Shown here: positions 1 through 15,843 of the stretch, one piece after another
Position numbering within the stretch: position 1 is the stretch's first letter
Layout: each line of letters begins with the position of its first letter
Assembly (NCBI GenBank): GCA_017499595.2
Contig: CM038999.1
Span: forward strand, 1,860,001 to 1,924,000
Source: Psilocybe cubensis
Taxonomy: Eukaryota
Length of the DNA stretch: 64,000 nucleotides
Direction: 5' to 3'
Notes under the pieces: model-generated
What the model was told of the DNA's origin: nothing
Seen by the model: only the letters and a program-made list of their open reading frames with translations
Database searches by the model: none
Position numbers and translations under genes: made by a program

Positions 1-193
1 AATTTCCGGAGGCAGCCGTATGAATCAGTGTTGCGGTGTTGTCGGCACTGTGCTCATATCACACCAACTGCGTTGCTATGGATAACTATAACAGCGTTAT
101 GATCTGTTTCGGCGCAGATGATAAAACTGGGCAGCCTTGGAATATGTTCCCTTGTCCCTGGTACCCCATCCCATCCTCACACTGATCACAGCA

Positions 194-1806
194 ATGTCGA
201 CCATTGAAACTAATGCCAAACTTTCCGTCTCCACTGAAGACGTGAATAACACTCCTGCTTCTGGACAAGCAAATGGAGGTCTTTCTACTCCTCTTCCTCA
301 GTCTGCCATCGAAGGCTTCGACCGTTGGATCAAGGACTTTCAGAAATATGAGTCTGTCCTGGTTAGTCTGTTTAATTTGCTCACCTCCAGTCCTCTAATT
401 AAACAATCTATAGAATGAAATGGCCAAAGTGACTGCAGATCCCAAGTTTAAGGAGGAACTTGCTACTATCGAGCACTGTCAGTAACTATTGGATATGAAC
501 AGCTTATTGACACTCATATACCTTTGGATGGTATCTATCAGGGTTCAAAGTTCTGAATGAGCCTGAGAGGACTGCAGCACTGTATACTCTTCTTCAGAGC
601 TCTACTCAGGACCAGCTTCGTTTCTTCGTTGCTGTTCTGCAACAAATGATCCGACCGGAGGAGCCTAAGGCTGTGCCTAGTAGGTGTACATCTCAATGTG
701 ATGTTAGCACATTAATCTAATTAGATTCTCGCAAAGCTCCTGAACCAGCTGCTCAAGTTAAGCCCAAGCTTGGGAAGCTCGCATTCCGTCCCCCTAGCTT
801 GAACATCGATGACCTTGAATCGCCGATCACCCCAACACCGGCTCATGAACAAACTCATCACAGTCTTCTTGCACAGGCGGCATTGAACCGCGAAGCTATT
901 CGCCAGAACACGCCTGCTACGGAGAGCTGGGCCAACATGGTCAATACTCCTTTGATCCCCATGTTCCAAAAGGACGTTGGAAAAGAAGCAAAACCGGCCG
1001 CAGGATCTACCAATTCACTGCCCGGCTTCTCGGGAATCAATCCTTATACTTTGAATATGCTTGCCAACGCCGGTCTTTCAGCTGAAGCCCAAGTCCTTGC
1101 CGCTCAGTTGGTCATGAGCGGTCTCGTTCAACCCACTGGTCTTGCTCCTCCTTCTTCGGCGAAGCCTAAAAAGGCACAAGGACCTACTAACTGGAGAACT
1201 CCGACAAGTGCTCGTTATCCTGCCAGCGCTCTCAGGAGCAGTGGCTTGCGTCCTAGTAGCGGTTTGAAGAGCGCTGGCCTGAAGAGTAGCGGTCTAGGAC
1301 CCACTCCTGCTACGCCACTGAGCGCCGTTGATTCTCCTCGTGAAGAGGAATTCGAGCCTGAGATGCTCAACGACATCCCGACTTGGTTGAGAAGTCTCCG
1401 CCTACACAAATATACTTCAGCCTTTGATGGACTTACCTGGCAAGAGATGGTTGTTCTTGATGATGCAACTTTGGAAGCTAAAGGGGTAGCAGCTCTCGGT
1501 GCCCGCAGGCGCCTGCTGAGGACCTTTGAACACGTCAGAAAGAGGATGGGAATGGACGAACCAACTAGTGCCACTCCCACAACAAGCGCGATTCCGACAG
1601 GGGCGGCCTTTGCGGCGGCCCCTGAAGTTGATCGCGTTCCCCACAGTGCACTCCCTCGGTCGAAATTGTCGATCAATTCGCCTATCTTCACTCCGTCCTG
1701 GGACTCCTCCAAAGTCCCGAACAGTGCAACGCCCACCGTGTCTGCTACCGAACCTCCTGCCACTACCACTGAAAGTGTCGTAGTTGCTAGTAGTTCCCCA
1801 GCCTAG
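194..1806 (+). CDS. VTS1: Vts1/Smaug-family SAM-domain RNA-binding protein (spliced)
   Basis: SAM domain [18 protein letters not shown]...[16 protein letters not shown]. The N-terminal exons splice to a Vts1-like segment [29 protein letters not shown] introns lie between 362 and 724. Confidence 0.8.
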
Positions 1807-2737
1807 GAGAACCTCACTGTACTATATACTTTCATCTTTCTGGCCTGGCACGATGTACAATGTATAGCAATGTGATGTGAGTCTGGTAGTTAGTACCAGG
1901 TTAGTACTGTAGCTCAATATATATAACTGTTCTGCGGAAATGGAATAAATCATTAATTCATGAACCACATAAGACCACAGATACTTACTGTACCTGCCAC
2001 AGCTACCACTTTGCACCCTAAAATCGGTCAAAAACGATCGATCCGTTCAGACTTGTTCAGACCAAGACCATCGAATCCACCAATAATACATACGGAGTTA
2101 CTAAATTTAGGCATCTACAAGTTGATTGCAATCGACAACCTTCGACAACCCACTTCAACGTTCAATATGAACCCAACTTCAGTTGGAGCCAACTTCACTA
2201 ATTTTGAACCACCTGCCATTCCTTACTTTCTTCAATGGTTGGCTTCTATGAAATAGTATTCCAGAGCTACCTTAAAGGTGTCTACGTGTCGATGCAGTGT
2301 GTGTATCTCCGGTTTCAAGTGGAGTGGCAAGTTACCTGACATATGAGTAAGGTATAGGCCCGATCGACATCGCGGTTACTGGAGAACAGAGGGATTGCGG
2401 AATCGAGCACTCAAACCCTTCTTAGACCTTAGTCTGGCACGCGCTGGAGTATTATGCACATCATGTTGCTTACGAAAATGTCGTGTTCTCATTTCCACGA
2501 CGGTAGGCAGGCATATGTGAGATTAATCAGATAAAAACTGGAGGAAAATACACGCAGGTCAAATCCGGATGACAGGGAATTCGCGTTGCCTTCATATGGG
2601 TATCATCGGCGATATGAAATGATTATTTTCGCCATAAAGAGATCACAGGCACGAATACCAAATTCTGAAGTGCAAGGAAAGATCAGACGCATCCTTTACC
2701 ATCTAATCTCTTGTCCGCTCCGTCAACCACATCCACG

Positions 2738-4704
2738 ATGCCTAACGAAACCGACAATTTTGACCCGCTCTCCCTTGCTATTGCGCCTCCACCTGACGAA
2801 ACACCAGAGGAACGAATAGTTCGAGAACTCGCGGAGAGAGAGGCCGTGTTGCGGAGCCGCGAAATCGATGCAGAACTGAAAGCGGCGAAGGTTGCGATGA
2901 AGCGTTATAAAAACGCTATAAAAATACTTGTGTTAGGTCAAAGTTTGAGTGGTAAGTCGCAGCTTTCACTACCGTGCTACTTTCCTAACAGTTGCGATAT
3001 GTACCAGGCAAGTCAACTACAATCAAAAGTAAGTATCGTACAATCATATGATTTATATATTTATTATGATATTGGTAGACTTTCAGAGGAAATATGCCCA
3101 GAAAGCATGGGCAGATGAGCGCGCGACATGGAAGGCCATCATACTATTTAATCTAGTTCGGTCTGTGAACATCATGATCGATGCCTTGAATCGCGCGCCG
3201 GTTTACGATCCTCAGAAACAGGCTGCCTCTCCCATAATTGCCCTCGGGGGTGCTCTTCTAGCCGAAAGACATCAAAGCATAATCCTTCGCCTAGCTCCAC
3301 TACGGGAAGTCGAAAAGGATTTGAAGCTTTTCCTAGGCGCAGGCGCAACTGAGGTCGAAGCCCAAACCTATACCACCCCAAATGAACAGAACCAGGTCAT
3401 GTTCGAATTCAAGAAAAGTAATACGCAAGAGTTCTGTGTGCGGTCATCTTCGGGTTGGAGGGGCGTCATTGACCGAATCAAAACTTCCCAGAATGGGAAA
3501 GAATCGCAGGTTCATCGGGTAGTTTCTCAAGTAGTTGACAGTTGCAAAGCAGACATCCTATGGCTTTGGAAGGATCCAGTGACGCAGAGTATTCTTCACA
3601 GTCAAAGACTAAGACTAGAAGATTCTCCTGGATTGTAGGTTTCTCGCATTTTGGTTCATCGATGACTCTCACTGTGTCTTTAGTTTTATCGATGATATCG
3701 ATAGGATCGTTGCTACCGATTATGAACCATCCGATCACGACATCATGCGCGCTCGTTTGCGAACGACAGGCGTTCAAGAACATCACTTCATGCTCGACCG
3801 AAGTAATAATCTTTCGGTTTTTTGATATATGCAAATCTAATGCGCTATCATTTCAGCCAATGGAACAAAGCTCGACTGGATTATGTATGACGTAGCAGGT
3901 AAGGGACCCCTTTACGGATTACTGCTGGATGTTAAAATAGGATTTTTCAGGAATTCGCACTTCAGTGAGCTTTGATTGCTTCCTCAACTTTACCCAAATT
4001 CATGTCCTTCATTAGCGAGCAGCTTGGGTTCCATACTTCAAAGAAGTGACCGGGCTCTTGTTTTTGGCTCCAATTTCCGCGTTCAATGAGCGTCTGGAAG
4101 AAGACACTAGTATATTCAGGCTAGAAGACACCTTTATGCTGTGGAAAACTCTATGTGGCAACAAACTTTTGTCCAGAGTTCAACTTGTACGTTCTATCTC
4201 TTTTTATTGATTTCAACATATAACGTGATACCTATTTAGATCTTGTTTTTGAACAAAACCGATTTATTGAGGAAGAAACTTGAACAAGGTATCCTGGTCA
4301 AAAAATATATGCCTGAATTCGATAAAGAAAATACCTATGAAAACGTGGCGACATGTAGGTCATCTCGAATGTTTTGATTGAACACATACATGATAGCGAT
4401 GGTATTCCCATAGGGTTCCGTAAAATCTTTAAGAAGTATTTCATTCAGCATTCAGAACCGGGGCGTTCGTTTATATCCCATTTTACATCCGTCATAGTGC
4501 GTTTCTACATGTTGTTTTGAAATTTGATACCACCGTCCACTAACCTGGTATGAAGGATACGGAAGCGACCTCTGTGACATTAATTGCCGGTAAGTTCTAG
4601 TAACGAATTAGTCATAGATATGCCCTCAGAAGTTCATTTTCCTTCGTTCTATAGTTCAGTCAGCGATTTTACAGCACGATATGGCCGAAGTTGGTCTCCT
4701 GTAG
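2738..4704 (+). CDS. Atypical heterotrimeric G-protein alpha subunit (copy 1, many introns)
   Basis: Spliced motifs: LGQSLSGKSTTIK (G1), DIMRARLRTTGVQE (switch I), WIMYDVAGIRTSRAAWVPYF (G3), LFLNKTDL (G4), HFTSVID (G5). The C-terminus is ...MAEVGLL*. Confidence 0.85.
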
Positions 4705-4963
4705 ATGAAAATACCACCCAATTCCATTCACATACAAAAACTAGTTGGTAGGAGTATAGCATCAACCTTAGTCATTATCCCTATTTTATTTTATTTGTTT
4801 GTTTTCTGTGCTGTACTCTCAATGGAAGTCCAACTGTTGCACAGGGTTCCTGGAAAATATCCTATATCCTAACAACTACACTGTGATCTGGATGTAGGGC
4901 TTATGTTATACAGTGATACAAGCATTGTTCGAGATAAACATATGGTAAGTATGCGTACATTCT

Positions 4964-6949
4964 TCACAGATCAGAATGTTCCTTTGGAATGTCTGTGCGT
5001 TTATCGTACAGGTCGAACACAGCGGATGTGCCGGCTGCCTGTAGTTCTAGAGCAACCTTTTCTGCACCTTCGTATACCCGTAACAGATTACCACCGGTCA
5101 ATCCGGCAAGTTCGTATTTATTCCAACCACGACTGTAGAGTTCAGCAATCTAATTTAAAAGAGAAATATTAGTCAAACGGCTTAAGAAGGATTGAAAGTC
5201 ACCAACTAATGCCGGGTACTTGGAGACGTCCTCAAGTCCCTCTGGGACATCGCCAATGCCGTCGAAATCGCTGCCTAGACCAACACTGCAAGATGGTCAG
5301 TTCGTTTGACATACATCAGGGGGCACAGTATGTGTATACGCACTGTTGCTTTCCAGCCACTCGTGCAATATGATCAACGTGATCGGCTACGGCCTTGACG
5401 GTTGCATTATTTGGTTCTGCAACAAAAAAGGGTGCAAAATTGACCTTGTGAAGACTTTCTGATTATTACACACGCATTTCTAACCGTTTTTTTAATCACT
5501 CACCATTACTACAGCATCCTTCTTTCCTTCTTCACGTCCGATGAGTTCTAAAACATCATCTGGGACATTTCGTGGGACATCGTGCACAGCACGCGCAGAT
5601 GAATGCGACCAGATGACGGGCGCTTTTGAGTGAGAAATGGCTTGCTTAGCTGTTGCATCCGAGGTGTGCGAAAGGTCAACGAGGACGCCCAAGCGGTTCA
5701 TCTCGTCGATTAAAGATCTCCCGAGGTTACTGGATTGGAGTGTAAGGGTAAGCATCGAACTTTACATCACACCTGAACGGGACAACACACCTCAGTCCCC
5801 CATGGAGCGGGATCATGCCCGAAAAAAACCCGCAAGAGTCCGCGAACGCATTATGGCAGGTATGTGTGAGTGTAACATAGCGAACGCCGAGTGCATGATA
5901 TTGTCGAAGTACTGCTATAGAGTTTCCAAGTTGATGTCCACTGTAAATGACAAGATTGCGAATAAATTTGAGAACCCCCTTCTGAGAAATACATATTAGT
6001 ACGTACCCTTCGACACCCAGAAGGCTGGCTATTCTTCCTCCGATAATGGCTTTTCTAATATCTTCCGTATTGAGGGCTAGAGCAAATGTCTAAGAAGACC
6101 GGTGTTTATTTTGAACTCAATGTAAATTTCGAACAAATCAAGGAAAAGGAGACCAACATCAGGGTACTTGTTGATTAGTATTTTCGAAATATCAATCTGC
6201 TCTAGGGTATCCCTGTAAAGATATGCACAATGAGTGAATACTTCTATTATGACAGGCATCGAATGGATAAGCACCGAACACGCCATGTTCCTCCGAGGAA
6301 GTCCTTGCCTTCCAGGTCTGGGTCGGGGCAAGAGACATATACAGACCTGTAAAGAAGATACATATAATTTCCGGGACTTGAGAACGATATGGTATCCCAA
6401 ACTCACCAGAAAAAACCACCAACCTTCCCTTTCCTTAACCGAGGAATATCAACATGTCCAGGCATCTCAGACTCAAGGTCAACTGCAGACGCATTGTTGG
6501 CATATTGGGCGCGAACGAGAATGGGTAAATCTTCAAAGTCATAACTCAGATGTCGAATTTCAGTGAGTTGAAGACGAGGTGTATCCTCTCACCAATGTGG
6601 CCATCCTATGACATCAACAAGCATATGTATAGCACGTTAGCACGTTTCGGTTAAAAACAATACCAAGAACACGCACAATAACAGGGGCTTTGTCTAGAAT
6701 GGCCAAAGCAGCCAGCATGGGGTCCTTAGGGAGCTTTCCCAACCACGGTGCAAATGCATCTCCAAACACCCTCTCGAATCCGACCAGAAGAATAACAGCA
6801 ATAACGAACAACAGAGTCAATGTACCCCAAACCACACCGCGTACTTTGGGGTTAGACTCGCAGGCAGTGGGAGCCTGGTTCTCGGTGTCCTGGTCCCGCC
6901 GACCAGAGAGTAGGCGCGTGTTCTCAGACGGGTGGCCGTTGGACGTCAT
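4964..6949 (-). CDS. Membrane dipeptidase (peptidase M19, renal dipeptidase family)
   Basis: N-terminal transmembrane segment followed by [15 protein letters not shown]...[24 protein letters not shown] and GLGSDFDG motifs. An upstream in-frame ATG at 7159 is possible. Confidence 0.85.
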
Positions 6950-7540
6950 GATAGTAGAAGGAAGAACTCGTTGGGCTGCAGTCAGCAGAAGCAGCTTCGC
7001 AGCAGACTTCGTAAATCTACCAGCCGCGTTTTTGCCCTCGTGTTTGGATTTTTTGTTTCGCTTCCACCAATGCCCTCTGGATGCGTCAGAGTTAGATGAA
7101 CTGGAGCTGGAAGAAGAGCTGCTGCTGCTGCTGCTCGAGGATCGTGACCCGCGTGCCATAAATAGCCCTCTTGTGAAGTTGAATCGACAGACGTGAACTT
7201 ACCAATCACCTCAACTCATTCCTCAGCTCCAGTGGTGCCAAGAAAAGGCGCGTGCCATGCGTTGTCGTCAGGTCGTGCGAGATGATTTAGTCGATTGCAC
7301 AATAACTCGCCACCGTTATCACACGTATTGCTTCCAGGAGAGTACAAGTGTTACAGGTTCCATAGTAGAATAAATTCAATTTCTAAAATACATTTGTCCC
7401 ACCCATAATGTGACACAAGAACAGGGTAATAGATAGATAAGAAATGCAAAGAAGAAAGCGAGATGTGTGGATGCAATGGAAAAACTAGCGACTATCGAAA
7501 TGGCGTTCTACTTTTCGTTTGGACCAAAACCTGAACACAT

Positions 7541-9645
<2,105 letters not shown>

Positions 9646-10296
9646 TTGGATTATGATTAAAAAGGAGTAGTGGCTGGGGAGATGGTGGTGGGGAGTAAAG
9701 GATTGGTACGAGCGGGAGAACTGATTCTTATAGCCATTCGCATCACGGGGTATTCAGTTCCGGAGAGCGCACACATGTGAAATTTAGCACAACTCGACAT
9801 ATTCGGTCTGCCCCCGTCCTCCGGCCGGACCAATATAGCAACCCCCCCGGCATGCAGCATACCCGTTGTGCCCTATGTACAGCGTCTATTCCAGCGTATG
9901 TCCCCGCCTTTCCACTAGCTAGCTCTTCCAGCGGAAATCCGAGACCTTGACGGAGGAAGAGTGGCACTTCAAAGCTCCAATGCGGTGTTAACAAGAACCC
10001 GTCCCGGAGAGATATCCTTGTTCCGTACACCCACTAAAATTTTTGTCAAGCATTTCCTTGGGACGTAAACTGTCCGAAATACTCTAACAAGAGCGTATTA
10101 CCCCAGGAACTAATGTTATCCAATAGGGATCTCCGTATTGCACTATTTCATCATAGTGACCGGCTTAATATTCGCGACCTATTCATATTCACCTGCTCAA
10201 ATCGCATTCCCTGGCCAGACCTTTCTATAGGGTGTAGTTGGTGCCACCGCGGATAGGTGTCTATCATTCTAGGGTATTATATATATTACATATATA

Positions 10297-11481
10297 TCAT
10301 GATTCATCTTTGGCCACGGCTGCTCTGATGACTTGACAGCATCGCTCGACCGCCTCTGACATAGATATGTTCAAACTCTCCAACAGGACGAGGCCCTCCA
10401 CCTTGTTCGTAGGCTTACCATGCTCTACGTCGCCATCCTCGAATACGTCCTTGTTAGCCTCGACATACGCCGGGTATACGATGTCTTCCCAATAACCTGG
10501 GGGGTCCCGCCAAAGGGAACCCTCTGGGTCGGATTGGACTCCAGGAGACGGCATCCAGGAGAACAACGCGGGGTAATTCGCCAAGAGGACACGATACATG
10601 CGACCGATTGGGGTAATTGCCGAAGTCGCATTGCGGGGGTAAAAATGGAATGAAAAAGAGAGTGAAAATTGTTAGCTGTGCCCGAGAAACCGAGAGGACA
10701 AATGGTTGAATAAGAAATTTGTTACCTGCTGTATGATAACCATGTCTTTCGTGGCGTCGTTTTCTGAGAACATCATGGGGGACACGCAACATGATGCGAA
10801 CGTCTAGTTGCTCTATAACCTCCTGTGATCAAAATTCGTGAGTCGTCAAAAACACGGGCCAATGGAATTTGTAGTGTTGCACATGGAAAAACTTACTTTG
10901 TGCCAGTATAACAGGAAACCATCTACCAAACCCCAGACAATACGCTCACCATCAGCCGCCTCTATATCCCTCTTGATCTTCTCGAACTCGGCGATCCACT
11001 TGTCTCGGACGGAGGCGTCGACACTGATCTCCTTCTGCTCGTTGAGGTGGTCGTGACTCCGATGGTCAGGGGGGATCTGACCAGTCTGTTTGACCTTGTG
11101 CAGAAACTGGATGAGGCGAGGCCAGGTTATGGCACCCGCAGGAGCATCCCAATCCTGGACATTATGGACAGGATGGAAGGGGACGAGTTCCTGAGGCTGG
11201 GGAAGGTGACCTATATGAGCAAGGGGCAATCCGACAGAGGAACACAACGCACAGGTGCGAAATCCTGCGAAGGACAAGAATGAGAGGGAGGGACAGGGGG
11301 ATAAGAAGGGGCCGTACGTCCTGGTGTATGATGACACTGTCTGGCAAGATGCGGTTAAGATGTTTGGCGAGGGTTGTCTTGCCCGAGCAAGTTGCACCGC
11401 TATGTGGTGGATTAGATATATGTCACGGATGAATGTTGGAAATCCAACATACCCCACACCAATCAGAATCACTCTGGTCAT
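10297..11481 (-). CDS. Nicotinamide riboside kinase-like P-loop kinase
   Basis: Spliced IGVGGATCSGKTTLAK P-loop, IIHQD, DWDAPAGAI, LVDGFLLY and WRDPPGYWEDIVYPAY motifs. The start codon is uncertain (11481 or 11499). Confidence 0.75.
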
Positions 11482-11627
11482 TGTTGCAATCCAACTCATA
11501 CTATCAGTCACAATCAATACCAGGGGACGGTCACGTGTCTCTCTCGCCATACGTCATTGCCATGCGTCATAGGGGCGCGCAGAGAGACTTATAAGACAGC
11601 GTCTGTGGACAAAGAATCCAGTCAATC

Positions 11628-12519
11628 ATGTATCGCACACAAGCCATCCGCATTGCCCGTCTTTCTTTAACTGTAAGTCTCTTTTCCTCTCTCTCTCTCC
11701 AGCACCCGCTCATTTTCCCCAGTCTACTCGCGCATATGCAACCCCACCTCCGCCACCCGCAGGTCAGCCTGCCCCAAATCCCATGCCTCCCAAATCAGAC
11801 AACACCTTGATGTACACCGCCCTGGGCCTGGCCGCCGCTGGAGGTGCTTACATGTATTTCAAAAACCCAGACGAGGTCAACGACCTCAAGGCAAAGGCAA
11901 AGCAAGACGAAGAGATCCTCAAGCACAAGAGTAAAGACGCCCTCGAGGACGCCAAAGCTCGCGCAAACGAGTCCTATCAACGGGGAGAGGCAAAGGTCGA
12001 CAGACTCAAGGTGATCTGAACCGCCGTCTCTTACTGCCGTGCCGTGACTGACATTTGGTGTAGGCCGAGGGAAAGGAGAACATCGACTCGTTCCGTAGTT
12101 CTGTTACAGATACACGCGGGAGAAGCATAGGGGAAGACCTCGAGGCCAAACTAAACTCGGCCAAGGGTGCTACCCAGGATAGCTTGACACGAGCGCGTGA
12201 ATCGACTGAAAAACTGTACGATGACGCCCGCACTACCACCAAGGACGGTTTGACAAGAGCCCGCGATTCAACAGAGCATCTCTACAACGATGCTCGTGCC
12301 ACTGCTGAACAAAAGGCTGCCGACGCCCGTCAAGAGGCTGAGAAAAAGTCTGAACAGGCAAAGGCTGGTTGGTCCAATTGGTTGGGGTGGGGAAAATCCG
12401 AAGTCGAGGCCGGTGCGAATAAAGTAGAGAACGAGAGCGATCGTTTGAAGAGAGAAGCCGCACAAAAGGTTGCCAATGCTGCTGGTGACGTGAAGAGAAG
12501 AGCTGAGAAGCACACCTGA
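11628..12519 (+). CDS. LEA-like helical hydrophilic protein with a probable mitochondrial presequence and one TM segment
   Basis: MYRTQAIRIARLSLT|STRAYAT presequence-like start and hydrophobic ALGLAAAGGAYMYF. The tail is A/K/E/D-rich with a 22-aa tandem repeat. Two GT-AG introns. Confidence 0.55.
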
Positions 12520-13423
12520 TATGGCATTGCAATGCTCAACGGACATTCATTTGTATTATCACTGTATAGTATTTTAGTAGTTGCTCTATTTAACGTGAAC
12601 TTTGCTTTAATTCATCGATTAGCGACGGGGAACCTGGCTGTAGGTAAATCGAGGATGATGGATTGTCACTAGGCCGACATGAAGAAAAGCCTGAGAAACA
12701 TTGAGTACTGGAGCAAAGCGACACATGATCTCACCTTTTATCTAGGCGACGAGTCAGTGTCAATATTCAAGGACTGGATTCCGAGCACATGTCTAGTCAA
12801 CAAAGAAGCACATTATAATTTTCCAGTTTACAGACTGGGCAAATCGACTTTGCAGCAACTCTGCTGGAGATTTGTTCTCGGAAAATGATGGCAGGGAGGA
12901 AAGAGGCTTGGGAGCCGTCTGTCTTTCCAAATTCTCACGGCAACATACATCTGTGTTCTCTTGCCATCATCCATGTACCCTCAGGTACCGCCTCCGTGGC
13001 TTCTATCGAACAAAACGGTTCAAAACCGGCACGGCTTGCGCCTAGTCCCAAATCTGTGCTCGCTTTATGGCCGTTTGTCCGTCTGACAACGCATCACACG
13101 AAAACATGCAACAATCGACAACTGGAGAAGCTTGCCTGCCATTTTAACTGCGAGCTACTTGTCCCTGCCACAAAGACTCGTCTATACCTGGGAAAACTCT
13201 AGGCTCCCCTTTCGTACACCTAATAATACAGGGCCACTCCAGATTTTACTTATGACACCTTGACTGGACCCTTTACTTCTTCTCACCTTCTTATTCTTTT
13301 CTCTGCTGTAATCCCTCTGCGTTCGTGCTTGGTTCCAACTATAGCCCACTCCGCTCATAAACGCTGCTCCCCGATTTCTGCATACCCCATACTAGTCCTT
13401 CCTTTTGCAACAGCTCTTGATCA

Positions 13424-15843
13424 ATGTCCAAATTGTTCCGCAGAAGTTTAGAGGAGGGCGACGAGGATCCCATTGCACTGGCATTGGCCCCTCCAGGGAA
13501 CGAGACTCCATTGGAGCGCCAGGAGAGGCTGGCGGCTGAAGCGGAGGCCCGGCAACGTTCTGAAGCTATCGATGAAGAGATCAACCGTCAGAGAATGGAG
13601 AAGAAAAAGGGTCCAAAATGTATTCGAATACTCCTGCTGGGTGAGTACCATCATAGCGTGTTGATCGACATCACTGACTGACTCTCTCATCATTGTAAAG
13701 GCCAAAGTGAATCAGGTAAGAAGATAACCTACATAGCTTGCTTGCCTTATTGAACGTGTTTCCCAGGCAAATCTACAACGCTAAAAAGTACGTTGGTTCG
13801 TTGTGGGTATCGCTGTTTGGTTCATTGACAGGAATACAATAGATTTCCAACTGATGAATTCGCCCAAGGTACTTATGGGCTCCGATACGTGTACGGGCTC
13901 AATTGCTGATCCAGTCTTTTCATTCCATACGTGCTTTAGGCCTTTCGTCATGAGCGCGCATCATGGCGAGCTGTCGTTCAACTGAATGTCGTTCGTTCTG
14001 TCAGACTAATTCTTGACACCATCACCGAAGCCCAAGCTGCCTCCAACCCTTCCTCCCCTTCATCAGCTATGCTGGCCATTCCTCGACAGCGCACCGAGTC
14101 CATAGAATCTGGATCAGTGCAAATTCGATTCAATCCTGAACTTCTCAAGTTGAAAATGCGACTCCTTCCATTGCAGCAAGTGGAAGAAGCACTACTGCGC
14201 AAAATGACGCCTGCTGGATCAGCCGAATTCGAAGCAACTCACCTCTCCCCTGCAACCAATCTTCCATATAGTTCGCGCGCGGGCAAGTTTAAAGAGATCG
14301 CTATCAACTCGACTGCTCAATGGAAAGGTGCATTTGGGCGATTAATGGCAACTGCGAGGGCCAGCATGGATAGTGCGGCTGATATCGACTTCGAAGACCC
14401 TAAGGATCCTGGAGTTATTTTGCATGCTTGTGCTGAGGATATCATTCAGTTATGGAATGATCCGACAGTCAAGGAACTTCTCAAGGCGAAAAAAATTCGC
14501 CTGGAGAGCATGGCTGGATTGTATGTTTCTTACTTTTTTGCTTGTAACTCCCGTTCTAAAATTGTACGCACTAGCTTCCTAGACTCTATACCTCGTATCA
14601 CCGCTCTACGATATGTGCCAACTGACGGTATGTTACGCAATTGAAGTTGCATAGAACGTTGATTTCATTAATATCTTACGACTAGACGATATTTTAAGGG
14701 CAAGGTTAAAGACACTAGGGGTATCTGAACACCGCTTTAAATTAAAATCTGGTCAGTTCTACACAATCTTCGGTAAAATGCACATATTCTCAAATGGACT
14801 GTATAAGGAAATATGCTACATCATGACTGGAGAATATTCGATGTTGGCGGCGCACGTTCCAAGGTTTGTGCTATATTTTAGTTGTCTAATTTTCACACTC
14901 ATCGATAATTTTATCTGTTGCGCTTTTAGCGAGGTGAGCCGACTGTCTGTCTTGCATTATGCTTTGGTTCTAAACCTATCCGTGACAGAGGCATGGGTGC
15001 CATATTTCGATGACATTGACGCCATCATCTTCCTTGCACCTATATCAGGCTTTGATGAAGTAAGTGGCGGCTGATATGAGCTTGTCATGTTGGTAACCTC
15101 TTTTGAAAAGGTTCTGTTAGAGGATCCTGCGGTGAATAAATTGGTCAGTGAATGTGTGTTCATTCTCTAAATACGATTGTTTACGCTATTCATTTGCAGG
15201 AGGATTCATTGTTGCTGTGGAGGCGTATCGTGATAAATCCGATTTTGAAGAACACTCAATTGATATTGTTCCTCAACAAAACTGACCTTTTGAAAGGTAA
15301 ATTCATATATACGACTAACGCGGATCTTTTTGTGACCTTGTTGTTCTAGCTAAACTTGATTCTGGAATTCAGTTTGGTCATTATGTTACAACATATGGGA
15401 ATAAACCAAACGACTATGAATCGACGTCTCGATGTGCGTCAAATTCCAGTCACCTCTTTTTTGATTGATGATCTTGGTAGTAACATAATCCTTCAGATAT
15501 GAGAAAAAAATTCTGTAAGTTTGGCAAGGATCTGTCGGAACATTATTGACCACAACTGACATATCTGTCAATAGCCAACATATTTACTCAGAATAGCCCG
15601 AAATCGCGACTATTTTACGTTCATCTGACTTCTATGACTGTGCATACGCTTTATCTTGATTGATTGAGAAAATTACTAAGCTTTTTCTGATTTTACAGGA
15701 TTCAAAATCCACCGAAAAAATTTTGATGAATGGTACGTCTCTGGCCTCTTAACAGATTCATTAGATTCTTATGTGCACTCCTGTTGTTCCTAGTCAAAGA
15801 TATGGTTATTCGAGATATGCTCCAGGAGAGCAGTCTACTTTAG
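13424..15843 (+). CDS. Atypical heterotrimeric G-protein alpha subunit (copy 2)
   Basis: LLLGQSESGKSTTLK, DILRARLKTLGVSEH, WRIFDVGGARSKREAWVPYFDD, LFLNKTDL and HLTSMTD. It has the same DP(L/I)xLA(I/L)APP N-terminus as copy 1. Confidence 0.85.

Noticed and set aside
1231-1300. SSGL/KSAGL short peptide repeats in Vts1
   Set aside because: Ordinary low-complexity linker with nothing beyond the gene call.
7090-7140. (GCT)n tract giving poly-Ser upstream of the dipeptidase
   Set aside because: A short microsatellite; I cannot tell whether the upstream ATG at 7159 is used.
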